64,000 nucleotides of DNA from Octopus bimaculoides (Eukaryota), in assembly GCF_001194135.2 (NCBI RefSeq), contig NC_069001.1, positions 8,269,906-8,333,905 on the forward strand, written 5' to 3'. The notes below the pieces were generated by a model. That model was not told the origin of the DNA and searched no databases. It saw only the letters and a list, made by a program, of their open reading frames with translations. Positions 52,609 to 64,000 of the stretch are shown in pieces (the stretch's first letter is position 1; every line of letters begins with the position of its first letter). The translations under genes were made by a program, and so were the position numbers.

Positions 52609-55600
52609 ATATGCATCAATCAGTTAGTGGAAAACTGCCTGCTTTTCCTTATCAAAAGAAGGCAGTGGGTCAATCTTTACAATGAGCATGTCTGACTGCC
52701 GGATCCATCTGACATACACTAACAGGTGTTTGATGCAACTCCACAAGTCAGTAAAGAACAAGTGCAAGCAGAATGATTTCATTCTTCTGTGTTTGTATCA
52801 AACAAGCCAGGCTAATACCACTGGCATTTCTGTAGAGTTTATCTCAAACAGGCAACTGTAGGTAGCGCTGTCTATAGTTGCCAGTTTGAGATAAACTCTA
52901 CAGATATGGTACTGGTGCTACATAAGAAGCACCCAGGACACACTGTAAAGTGGTTGGCATTAAGGAAAGCACTAACTGTAGAAACCACACCAAAGCAAAC
53001 AGTGGAAACTGGTGTGGCTCCTGGCCTTGTCAGTTCCTGTTAAACTGTCCAACCCATGTCACCATGGAAAATAGATGTTAATAATAATGATGATGATGTA
53101 TACAAGTTCTTAATGAGTGTTTCCTCTGAAGGAATCAGAATTATCATTATCATTACCACCACTTTTATTTAAACAGAAACAATTTAGTAAAAAAAAAAAC
53201 ATTACTTCTATAATTATTCCTGTCCATTATTCTTGATATTGGGTAATGGTGGTGTTGCAGATGGGAGGCAGTTTCTCAGCTATCTTGCTAATTTCCAGTT
53301 CCCCTACATCTCCATCAATTAGAGGTACTAAATCAATCTGGGTGGAGGTACAGTTTGATGATTCCTATTCCCTGCTATATCTGATCCCATTCTCTTCTCT
53401 GCAACTCCTCCTGCCACCTTACCATTTTCTCTTTCCTATAAAATATGTCAAAGTTTAGTTCTGGTTTGTCTCACTAGGAAAATGCTTGAATTCATTAATT
53501 TCTTCAGTGGGAGAAAGGAATTATTTGGAAATGTAGCCTTTCAATGAGAGTGAGTAGGGTGTATGTTGGGAGAAACATCAAGGTAATGAATAAATGAAGG
53601 GATGGAGAAGTTAAGCATGCTTGTAAGTCCCCCCACCCTCCATTTTTTTCTTGAAGGTGAAGCAAATTGTTTCATTTCTACAAAGGGTCTCTGCTTAGTT
53701 TTGTTTAGACAAAGCGGGTGTTTTTTTTCTCTTTCAAATGTTACCTCACTCCCCTCTCTTTCAAAGGAATGAAATCCCCAAATTCAGTACCTTACCAGTA
53801 TACATGCTGACAGGAAATGACACTTTGTCATCATTAAATAAGTTTTCTTATTTATTTATTTATTTATTTATCTTTGTAAATTAACTACAGAAATAGTAAT
53901 TTTTATTATTTCATCCAAATTACTGCTGTAGCTATTTGCTGCTGCTGCTGCTACTACTACTGCAACAGCAGTAGTACTGTGGCAGGAATGCTAAAATACC
54001 TAACAAAATCCTTTGTGCTATTTAGTTGTCTTTATTTACATACAAATCTTGGTGGGTTTAGTTGTTAGTTGCGTCTCTCTTATCTCTGGGTGAATGATTA
54101 AGTACCGGTGGTGTACAGAGGTAAATTTAATCTACTAAGGCTTTCTCCTCAAATTTCTGGCTCTGTGCATGCATTTGTTAGAAATTTTTTATCATGTCTT
54201 CAATTGGTGGTTTGAGAAATATACCAAGTGCATTGCATCTTGTATTTGAAGACTATATCTTTTATTGCATCAAAAAGAAAGAGCCATTTCTCGGTAAACA
54301 TGCATAAGAGTGTTCAAGGTTAACAAATACTGTGTGAAGATGCCCCAGCAATATCTATAAATCTTACTATTTTTTTGGAACATGCCTAAGTCTATCTGTT
54401 TAGGCAATCTGCCAATGTATTTACAAAAGTGGTTGTTATCATTCCAGCAGAGCCAATTAAAAATGGGATGAGGGACACTTTTTTTAAACTGTCATAATGC
54501 CTTTAATTATGTAATTAACAACACTTACAGACCTTAGCAATTGCAGTTTTGTGGTACGTTTGTATGTCTTTCATTATTGCTAATATTTTAATGTCTATAC
54601 TCAAGTGGTTGAGTATTGTTTTCCATTTGAACTAATTACAAATAAGATGATACACTTTCACTGCTTTAATCATTAGACTGCAGCCATGCTGGGCTACCAG
54701 TTGAAGGGTTTCAATCATTCATATTGATCTTAGTACTTATTTTTACATCTGGTACATATCGATATCTATTTGTTGATCTGCTAAGTTTTGAGACATAAAC
54801 AAAGGCTTTGTTTTCAAAAGGTATCTACGTAAAAATAGACCCATACAAATAAGCATGCATGCCTGCCTGCATGAGTCTGTCAACTATGTATATATTGTAC
54901 AAGTATGTCGCATGTGTATAATATATACATATATATCATAAGCATAGCAAAACAGGAAATTGAAAATTTTTGGGTGTTATTTATTCACCATTACACATGT
55001 TTCATTTGCTGATAGGAATTACAGAGTTTTACATGTTAGATAGACATGTAAGGAATTTCCGATTAGAAATTCTTCGGACAAGAAATTAAATAATCCAAAT
55101 TTTGCATTTAGGTGAAGCATTTATATTTCTTGCAGGTCAATTAATTGCGTAGTGGATATCTCACAAGCTTATTTTAAGTTAGTTACAATCACCTTGGGAA
55201 AAACAAAATGCAAAAAGATTTTAGAGAATGTAATTTTAGATCATAGTATATCAGAGGCTGAACTGGAAGTAAACAGTTATTTTTAAACTTTAAGAAATAA
55301 TGCTAAGATTGTCATTTTGAAAGAAAATACCTATTGGAGATACAAGTTGAGTGTAGATCAAGAGTATTAGGGATTCTCTAGTTGCTATTGGCGACTAAGA
55401 TCAGTGAGATATTTTACCAAAGGGTTCATCATATATTTTAGAAATGTATTTTTATATCATTGACATTGCTATCTTAGATATTTGACATCAGTACCCTGTA
55501 TATTTGACTTTGGTACAATGTATGTTTAATACAAGTACTCTTTATATTTGACATATGCTCTCTATAAATTTGGCATCTTTATCCTGTACATTCCACATCA

Positions 55601-55985
55601 ATACTTTGTTTATTCTACCTATGTACTCTATATTCAATGTCCATAATCAGTATATTTGCTACATGCCATATGCCCTCTGTATATTTAACACATGTACTCG
55701 TATAATTGACCATGGTCTGTGTGTTTGGTATAGCAGTGTATTTGTCAAAAGTTGGCTTGACTGATATGGTAGGGTCTGTTGCATGTTTCCCAAATCTCTT
55801 TACCATTTACCTTGCCTATCAATCCCCTTCCCCTCAAACAAATACTTCTCTAGGCATCATACACTTACTCCTTATTCCTCTCTACCAATACCACAGGAAA
55901 CAATAAAGATATCCTAAGATTTTATTATGAAGAACTTGTTAATATTATTTTCTTTATTGGATGTTCTTTTTTTTCTCCTATCCAG

Positions 55986-56041
55986 GTTTTGTACACATTG
56001 TCGAAACTTTCTAAAACAGAACTAGCTCAAAAGACTGCCAG
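55986..56041 (+). CDS. vav: Vav coding exon (end of CH domain)
   Basis: Acceptor ...ttttctcctatccag| and donor CAG|GTATGC. 56 nt, phase 0/2. Reads VLYTLSKLSKTELAQKTA(R), in frame with the previous exon and similar to VAV1 VIYTLSALSWTPIAQNRGI. Confidence 0.88.
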
Positions 56042-56779
56042 GTATGCTTTTTAATAGCTTTATTATTATTGTTGTTGTTGTTGTTATTGTTATTATTATC
56101 ATTATTATTTTTATTATTATTATTATTTCCTGAGCACATTATTTATCTCCTGTCTAATATTTTAGAAAACTTTTAACCCTTTGGCATTCAGATTTCTCTG
56201 TCAAATGTAATGCTTATTTATTTTACATTGTTTTGAATTAATTACACAGCCTCTTTAACTTTAAGATTTTGATGGTGTAATTGTTTATTTTTATACTGAC
56301 ATTGTCAGTAAGATATACATGAGAAACTGAATCCAGCTGGCTTGAACGTAAAATATTCATAAAATATTTTGGTTAGATATGGGCTGATTTAAATGCTAAA
56401 GGGTTAAAAATAGTTGTTATTCACAAACTCTGCTGTAATGTTGCTAGGGTTCAAATCTTGGATGAACAGACAAAATTAACAAAAAGCATTCTAATCACGA
56501 CCATCCAATCTTTTTAAGGTTGGTAGAATGTGAATTGATTGAGATTTGGTTGTGATTTCTAGCAAGACAAGCAACCACATAATGATCTTTATTAGCAATG
56601 TGGAGAAGGTGTCTTCCTGTGTTTTCTTGGCAGTTTTCACACCAACCACACCACTGCCATCATCATCACCATGTGTAAACTGTATATACTACAAATGATG
56701 AATTTTATGTATATACAACTACTGGAGTGAAATGGTATTGCTATCGTCTTCCAAAGGACATCCAATATGACATTGACCA

Positions 56780-57216
56780 CGGTTGGATGATGCTTTTTAC
56801 GTGCCACCGGCATGGGGAGCCAGTCAGGTGGGTCTGGCAGCGATCCATGCATGAATGGTGCTTATTGCGTGCCACCAGCACTGGTAATGACTACAACTAC
56901 AATTTCATTTGATTTTGATTTACTTGACTCAATAGGTCTCCTCAAGCACAGAATGTTGCCCGATGATTCAAAGGTATTTTTTAAATGGGCTGGTTATGCA
57001 ACACTGGTGTAGGCTACAGCTGTGACCTCACTTTCCTTGCCAGGTCTTCTCAGTCACAGCATATCTCCAGAGGTCTTAATCTTTCGTCATTGCCTCTGTG
57101 AGGCCCAATGTTCGAAGGCTTCTGCATCACCCACCAGATAAGGTATCAGGGGACCTTGTCAAAGGCTTTCTCCAAGTCAACAAAAGCCAAGTATAGGGGT
57201 TTATCTTGGCTAGATA
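56780..57216 (-). mobile_element. RTE-type LINE fragment with an internal deletion, followed by 3' UTR
   Basis: Minus strand reads DKPLYLAFVDLEKAFDKVP*YLIWWVMQK, then jumps near 57120 to the C-terminal LRTLGLTEAMTKD*DLWRYAVTEKTWQGK* and the 3' UTR. Confidence 0.8.
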
Positions 57217-57646
57217 ACAACTCTGGAGTTGTTATTGTACTAGATCTAAGAATGTTGCTAGAAATAGATTGGTGTTGTCTCCATGTTGCAGATTTTTCTG
57301 TTAGCAAATTCTTCATTGTTTCACTTTGCAAACTAGTACTAACTCATGACCTTAAGAACCCCTGTGTTTCAAAAGAAACACCCAAGTGGATATGGTATAG
57401 GACTACCAACCCAAAAGTCCTGAGTTGAATTCACCTCAGTTGTTTTTATTGTGTCCATAAATAAAGACACAATACACCTGGTTGGTGATGTATGTTTGTA
57501 TGGTGGGAGAATACATAAATTTTCTGGAGTGCCAACTATGACACACTGGAATCCTATCCAGATATACTATTGATTTTGGCTCCATCAAAGGCCATAAAAC
57601 GAGAGTTAAACAGAAACCTGGTGTCTTTCTAAGAAATTACTTATCT

Positions 57647-58057
57647 CATCATCATCATCATCATCGTTTAACGTCCGCTTTCCATGCTAGCATGGGTTGG
57701 ACGATTTGACTGAGGACTGGTGAAACCGGATGGCAACACCAGGCTCCAGTCTGATTTGGCAGAGTTTCTACAGCTGGATGCCCTTCCTAACGCCAACCAC
57801 TCAGAGAGTGTAGTGGGTGCTTTTACGTGTCACCCGCACGAAAACGGCCACGCTCGAAATGGTGTCTTTTATGTGCCACCCGCACAAGCCAGTCCAGGGG
57901 CACTGGCAACGATCTCGCTCGAAAATCCTACAGGAGCCAGTCAGGCGGTACTGGCAACGGCCACGCTCAAAATGGTGCATCTCATGTGCCAACCGCACAA
58001 GAACCAGTCCAGGGGCACTGGCAACGATCTTACTTGGCTTGCCGGGTCTTCTCGAAG
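57647..58057 (-). mobile_element. RTE-type LINE 3' UTR with (GAT)n tail and ~60-bp modular repeats; little-decayed copy
   Basis: catcatcatcatcgtttaacgtccgctttccatgctagcatgggttgg is the reverse complement of the tail shared by many fragments here. CpG dinucleotides are retained. Confidence 0.75.
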
Positions 58058-58650
58058 TTAGATATTTTATAGGGCCTCTGTCTTCTCCCCACCATCATCA
58101 TTATCATTGTTTTACATCCATTTTCCATGTTGGCGTAGGTTGGATGGTTCAATAGGAGTTGGAGAGTCAGAAGACTGCATCAAACCCCAATGTTTGCTTT
58201 AAGCATGGTTTTATAGCTGGATGCCCTTCCTTACACCAACCACTTTCCAGAGTGTACTGAGTGCTTTCGTTTTTGCAGCACTGGCTCTTGTGATGTTACC
58301 AAGTAACTAGCAAGGCAAGATGCTTCAATTGAAGTGGGTGTAGTATTGAGAACAGAGGCTTTACATAAGATGAAAAAGAAATATCTATGGTTTTAAATAA
58401 TGTGCTTTTATAAATATTGTGTTTGATAATGTCTTCTTTACAAACTTTGTCTACTGTGATTATTATTTATCTGCTCATTATTAAATTAGCATTAAACAAT
58501 AATTTAATCATTGTGTTTGTGTGGTGTGTGTATGTATTTATGGTATCTGTCTGTGTCATCCATGTCTGAATAGTGTTTAATGAATACTGTTAGTGTTACG
58601 TTGGTAATTTGGAATAGTATTATTGCTTGGTAGTTATGTGAATGTGTTGC

Positions 58651-58950
58651 CATTGGTAATAATCTACACTGTAGTGTTACCATTGGTAATATTGTAAACT
58701 GTAGTATTACCATTGGTAATATTGTAAACTGTAGTATTACCATTGGTAATATTGTAAAATGTAGTATTACCATTGGTAATATTGTAAAATGTAGTATTAC
58801 CATTGGTAATATTGTAAACTGTAGTATTACTATTGGTAATATTGTAAACTGTAGTATTACCATTGGTAATATTGTAAAATGTATTGTTATTGTTGGTGAT
58901 ATTGTAAAATGAACTGGTATCATTGGTAATATTGTAAATCATATCAACAT
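58651..58950. repeat. 30-bp minisatellite, about 10 units (consensus cattggtaatattgtaaa(c/a)tgtagtattac), with degenerate flanks to ~58620 and ~59090
   Basis: Exact 30-bp period visible from 58681 to 58860. Confidence 0.95.
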
Positions 58951-61900
58951 TGTTCATAATGTTGTAAAATAAAGTGTTATCATCATTGATATTAATTGGT
59001 ATAATTAATTGATATGCATTAGTAAAATGCAGTACTTACTGTTACTGACACTGTAAACTTAGTGTTACCAATGGTTACCAGTGATACTCTGTAAAAATAT
59101 TTTTATGAAATATCTGTGTATTCCAAGCTTTTGTTTTGATATTTAAAAATACTGATGCAACAGCAACATTCTTGATAATGAGATATATATTCAAGATATG
59201 TAATTGCCAAAATTAGGTTAGTAATTTTTTTTTTTTTTTGTTATGGTGCCTGAAATTAAACTTCTCATGTATTTCCAAATTTAAATCTTTGTGAAATGAA
59301 GTGCCAACAAATATGCTGTAGTTTTGAATTCGAGTTTATAAGTTATAAATTCCAGTTTATAAGTTCAAATAATATCAAAGTCACTGTTGCTTTCCTACTG
59401 GTTGAGTCAATAGTTTCTGTGTCTAAATCTTGTTAATGTCAATTTTACTTTTCAACCATCATCATGATTGAAAGTAGTAGAAGTAAATACTCATTTCTTA
59501 TCTTATCCCACATTCTGTTTAATTTTTCCATTTCATTTCCAGTAGTTTTCATTCAACTCCACAATGTCCCCATACAAAAAGGATTAGGAGGCCCTCATCC
59601 GTATAAAAATCTGTTAGCAATTTCTTTTGTCTTTTACACTTTATTATAAAATAATTAGTTCCTGCCTTAATTATCTCTAATAGCTCTTCTCCCCCCTCCC
59701 CCATCACTGTTACTATGAGAACATTTAAAACTCTCAAATGAACCAATGAGAGCGCTTCTACGTGGCCATTTGACTGGCTAGAAATAACAGCCAAATTTCC
59801 CTTCAAATCACCCCTTACCAACTTAAACGAAGAAAGATATATTGGACAATATAGTCCTTGATATAAAAGAAGATGGGATGATTACTACCAAAATGTTTTT
59901 GATCCTGAGTTTGCTCACTTTGGCTTGACCTAGGGTTAAACAACAGCAACAATAATTTTGAAGCTTTTCTCAGCTGACTCACATATACCCCTGCCTTGTT
60001 GTTTCAAAAGTACCCATCCTAGCACTGCCAAAAAACTATTACACTTCAGGCCATATTATGTTAATTACAGCCTCCCCTCCCTTAATTAAACAATTTTCTG
60101 CCTTGATTCTCTCTGCTATTTTTCCCTAACAATTTTCTGTTTCTTGTTAACGAGTTCTCATTTTAATTTGTAATTTCTCTACCACAATATTCTTCTTGTT
60201 AGCATTGCTAACCGATTTCGTTGAGGCAATTGATTCCTCTCACTCACAATGTCTACTTCATATTCTGGGAAAATAAAGCAGAAATCTTTCTTTTTTCTAG
60301 CAGACTTAATTGCAGTTAACTAAAGGCCTGAAAGGGAGGGGCTTGTACATGCTACAAAACAAGAATGTGGAACAAACAAATCCTAAAAAAAAAAAAGCAG
60401 TGTTCAGAAATATGATAGTGTTTAGTAAGAAATAAGTATTTTTCACAAGACCTAACATTTGAAAGGGTAAAGAATAAAGTCAGTTGTATCATTTCCCAAT
60501 GCTTATTTGCTTGACACTAAGGTGGTGGTGGTGGTGGTGGTGGTTGTTTTGGCCTCAAGTCAGTCCTGTTTGGACAGACCTATGACCAAAGATAATCCAC
60601 TCATATCCATTCTGCTTTTATATCAGGTTAGCATTCTCCTATGCGGTTTACCACAAAACACTGCTTCTGATAACAGTAGCTTTAGTGTTTTATTGTTTGG
60701 CCAATTCATGTGTGTGCACATGCACACATAAGTTGTTGTATTGCATCTCTTGTATTTTTAACTATCACCCATTACAAAAGCCTGGAACTACCATATATAT
60801 ATATATATGGAGCATGTATTTATTTATATGTATATATGCATCTTTCTCTTTGTATGTGTGTATAAATGTGCATGTTTCTATGTATGGGTGTATATACAAA
60901 TATGTATGTGTGTGTATATATATATATGTCTGTATGTGAATGTATGTGTCTATGAATGTATGCATGAATTTAGATATAAATGTATATGCGTATATTTGTG
61001 TGTATGTATATAATCCTGAATGTTAATGTAATCTATTGTATAATTGATTCTATTACCACTTGAAAATTGTCTTCTATTAAACATTATTGTCAGATGATTT
61101 ATTATTATTATTACTATTACTATTATTATTATTATTATTATTATTTGACTTAATCAGCTTCTAGCAATTATTGACACCTATCAGCTTCTTAGTATAACTG
61201 TTAATGAAATAATGCTAATGGAAATGTAGTGGACACATCATATCGTATATGCTGCTAACATAAGTAACATTTCTTTGTCATAATTGCAAGAACTTTGCTC
61301 TGTATTCCTTAAGACAAATATTAACAAATGTAAACAATAAGATGCAGTAGGGTAGGGTGGCAGTAAACCTCTTGAACCTTTGTGGGGGTGGGGCAGTTGG
61401 AAGCTGCATTTGGTTGTGTTCCTCTATCTCTTGGTAAATTGCAGAGCCAGAAGAAAGTGAATAGAAATTCTTATTAACAGTCCTGTTTTGGTGATAATGT
61501 TTAAGTAGTAATGGTGGGTTGTTACTCCTGATAGATAAACTCCTGATTGATCTAGAGATGCTGTCCTGACATATGTTGTGTCTTGAGCATTTTTAGCCTA
61601 ATATAGCCTGTTCCTTACTATGTGTGAATACAGCTGATTTCTTCCAGAGACAAAATGAAAGAGAAGTATTGACCCCAGTTCAGGAATGATATGTTTTTCG
61701 TCAATGTCAATAAGAGGAAAAGCAAAGTCAACTTTGGTAGGATTTCCAGAGAACTGGAATGAATACTGCAAGGCATTTTATCTTATGCTTTAATGACTCT
61801 GCCGAATTGCTACCTGAGTAGTAGTAGCACTAGTTTAGCCCTAAGTCAGTCCTGACCTAGTAAACCTATGATGAAAGTCATAGTCTAGCTAATTTTTACA

Positions 61901-63364
61901 TTATTGAGTGCGTCCTGTTTTTGTTTTAAAGATGATTTAAGGAAGGATTTTGTTGCTATTTCTACTAGGTAGAACAACTCCATAGAAACTCTAGTGGCTC
62001 AAATCCAAGCAAGCTTTAGCAGTGTGATTGAGGGAGCACTGTGCTATATAGCGATACTTCCACAGCATCTGAAGACATTGTGTGTGAGGCATGCTACTTC
62101 AGTCTGTTGGCCCATGGCAACTGTAAATGAATGTAAGACTGTGATGATGATGATAATGATGCACAAGATTGCACTTGTAATCAGAGAGATGTTTACGTCA
62201 TAAGAGTGTTATTGTGAAGTAGATTAAAAGTTTTTTTCTCTAGTGGGGAAGCAGTTTGCTGTGCTAAAATAATCTCTGGGGCTATTTATAGTGTTCTATT
62301 TTTAAAAAAATGCTATATAGCTTATTCAGAGGTAGAAGGGCAGTGCTTAGGATCTTTTCCCAGGGTCTCTGAGAGAGAGACTGTTTGGTGAAGGATAGGA
62401 TATCATTGGTTATCATCAGATCAGAGACTTGGTCTAAATGTTTGCTTGCAGAAAAGTGGACTCCACAAAAGGCACCCAAGAACCAAATGGTGGTGTTAAT
62501 CTGGTTGATGGAGTAAGTCTATTATCAAAGAACATAGTTGTTTCTACTAAAGCAACCATGAGCGAGAAACACCTTAAGAAAGCCCACAAGAAAGGGGGGT
62601 GGGTGGCTTAAGCCATTCACTATTCCTAGATTTATGTATTTCTCACGGGATTAGTGCCAATGCTCGTTGTCTTGGTTCTTTCATTGTGCATGTGTCTTGC
62701 ATAAAAGCTAAGTGTAGTGGAGGAAATAGCTTTGGGAATCTAGAGATAAGCTGAGCTGCGTAGTTACTTGCATGAATGTTATCTACTAATGAAAAATTTT
62801 TCATTGACCCCCTCCCCTTGCAGCTCTATATAGCAGCAGCAGCATTGAAAGTTGTAGTGGTATTAGTAGTAATAGTAATTCTCAGATAATTTGTACTTTG
62901 TGTAGGCAGAAGACCTAAAAGTTCATTTTGGAACTATTTGAAATCAGGGCACAGAAATGTGACTAAATACTTAAAGGTATTTTATCTAATGCCATAGTGT
63001 TTCTGAGAGTTCATCATTGTATTCTAATTTCAGTATGTTCCACTGAAATACATGCAAGCATGAAATGTAATGGTAGAAGGTCCTAGAATTTCAGTTATAC
63101 TCGAGAATCTTAGCAGCTTTGGCTGGTTTCACATATTGCATTGAACATTTGGTGTCTGGAATTGGTCAGTTATCGAAAGAGGGTCAATATAATAGCTTCC
63201 CCTCATCCCAAACACCCAAGCCCCTGCCATAATATGTGTGTTTACACACACATACATGCAAATACACACATACACACACATGTAAGTGTATGTACGTATA
63301 CACGTGCACATGTATATTATATATTATAGAATACATATATAATGTATACTCATATGTATAAATG

Positions 63365-63403
<39 letters not shown>

Positions 63404-63975
63404 GTGTGCATATATACATATATGCATATAGGTATACATGTATATGTTTAAATATATTTATGCACAAACACACACATATACACAAACATGTCTATATGTA
63501 TGCATTTATATATATATATGTGTCTGTGTGTGTGTGTATACATACACATACAAACATGTCTGTATATGTATGTGTGTGTTAGTATTTATGAATAATGTAC
63601 ACATGTATGCATATGGGAATGCGTGTGTATATATACAAACAGGAAAAAATTAAAATAAATAATTGAAATCCACTTAAAGATAAAACCATATTAAATCTAT
63701 TTCAATGGTAAACTTCTTTCTTTCTTTTTTTTTTTCTTCCTTTTAATTGAAAGTCTGGAAAATATAATTACTGAAATATTCTTTAAAAAGAAAAAAGTTA
63801 CAGTAAAAAAAAAAGAGAAAAATCAAAAAATAACTTATTATTATCAATAGTATATTTTACTATATTTATTAAAATTTTTTTTCCCAATTTCTTTTTTCAT
63901 CTGTTAGCTGACCCTTGACCTTCGTTGCACCCTGGTTTCTTACCATTCTATTGCTCTCCTTTTTCTCAATTGTAG

Positions 63976-64000
63976 AGGGTTCTCTCCTCCTGATACGAGA
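63976..64000 (+). CDS. vav: Vav coding exon, 5' part only (cut by the window end)
   Basis: Long pyrimidine tract ending ttttctcaattgtag| with a branch-like gctgac near 63906. The phase-2 join gives (R)GFSPPDTR, resembling the R-(P/G)-F-P motif after the Vav CH domain. Only 25 nt are visible. Confidence 0.7.

Larger units (their letters stand above)
38321..55985 (+). other. vav: vav intron (17,665 bp, GT-AG, phase 0)
   Basis: Defined by the flanking exons; filled with repeats. Confidence 0.85.
56042..63975 (+). other. vav: vav intron (7,934 bp, GT-AG, phase 2)
   Basis: Defined by the flanking exons. Confidence 0.7.

Noticed and set aside
55110-55160. Acceptor-like ttatatttcttgcag upstream of the 55986 exon
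   Set aside because: Downstream frames hit stops quickly and show no Vav similarity; the 38320 to 55986 join already gives a continuous alignment.
57817-58155. Overlapping ORFs and repeat-spacer appearance (CRISPR-like) here and at 40386-40865
   Set aside because: These are LINE 3' UTR tandem modules: the units are degenerate, the intervening parts are homologous rather than unique spacers, there are no cas genes, and the context is eukaryotic.
58504-58957. 139-aa and 97-aa repetitive ORFs on the minus strand
   Set aside because: Products of a stop-free 30-bp minisatellite; no splice or domain support.

Overview
AT-rich eukaryotic (metazoan) scaffold with 12 N-gaps, most flanked by (TA)n/(CA)n runs. 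Its repeat content (tRNA-derived SINEs carrying internal microsatellites, RTE-type LINE tails ending in (GAT)n, Tc1/mariner) resembles an Octopus-type cephalopod genome; this is an inference, not a database match. The only host gene I can support is a vav (Rho-family GEF) orthologue on the + strand. It has three small exons (38204-38320, 55986-56041, and 63976 to the window end) that splice in frame to [39 protein letters not shown]|VLYTLSKLSKTELAQKTAR|GFSPPDTR, the second half of the Vav calponin-homology domain. The first coding exon was not found, so the first 38 kb is probably intron 1 or upstream sequence. The rest is repeat: a near-complete maT-like transposon, a decayed Tigger/pogo transposase, RTE LINE fragments, at least three SINE families, a hAT MITE, a Penelope-like tail, and mini- and microsatellites. 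Nearly all ORF-track entries are microsatellite or gap artefacts. No CRISPR array, RNA gene or clearly new multi-gene system is supported. The most interesting signals are structural: a mosaic segment at ~35 kb matching three neighbouring sequences and closed by an 86-bp inverted repeat, two near-perfect intronic hairpins, a 162-bp inverted duplication with a breakpoint palindrome, and a hairpin-conserving ~60-bp array in the LINE 3' UTR.
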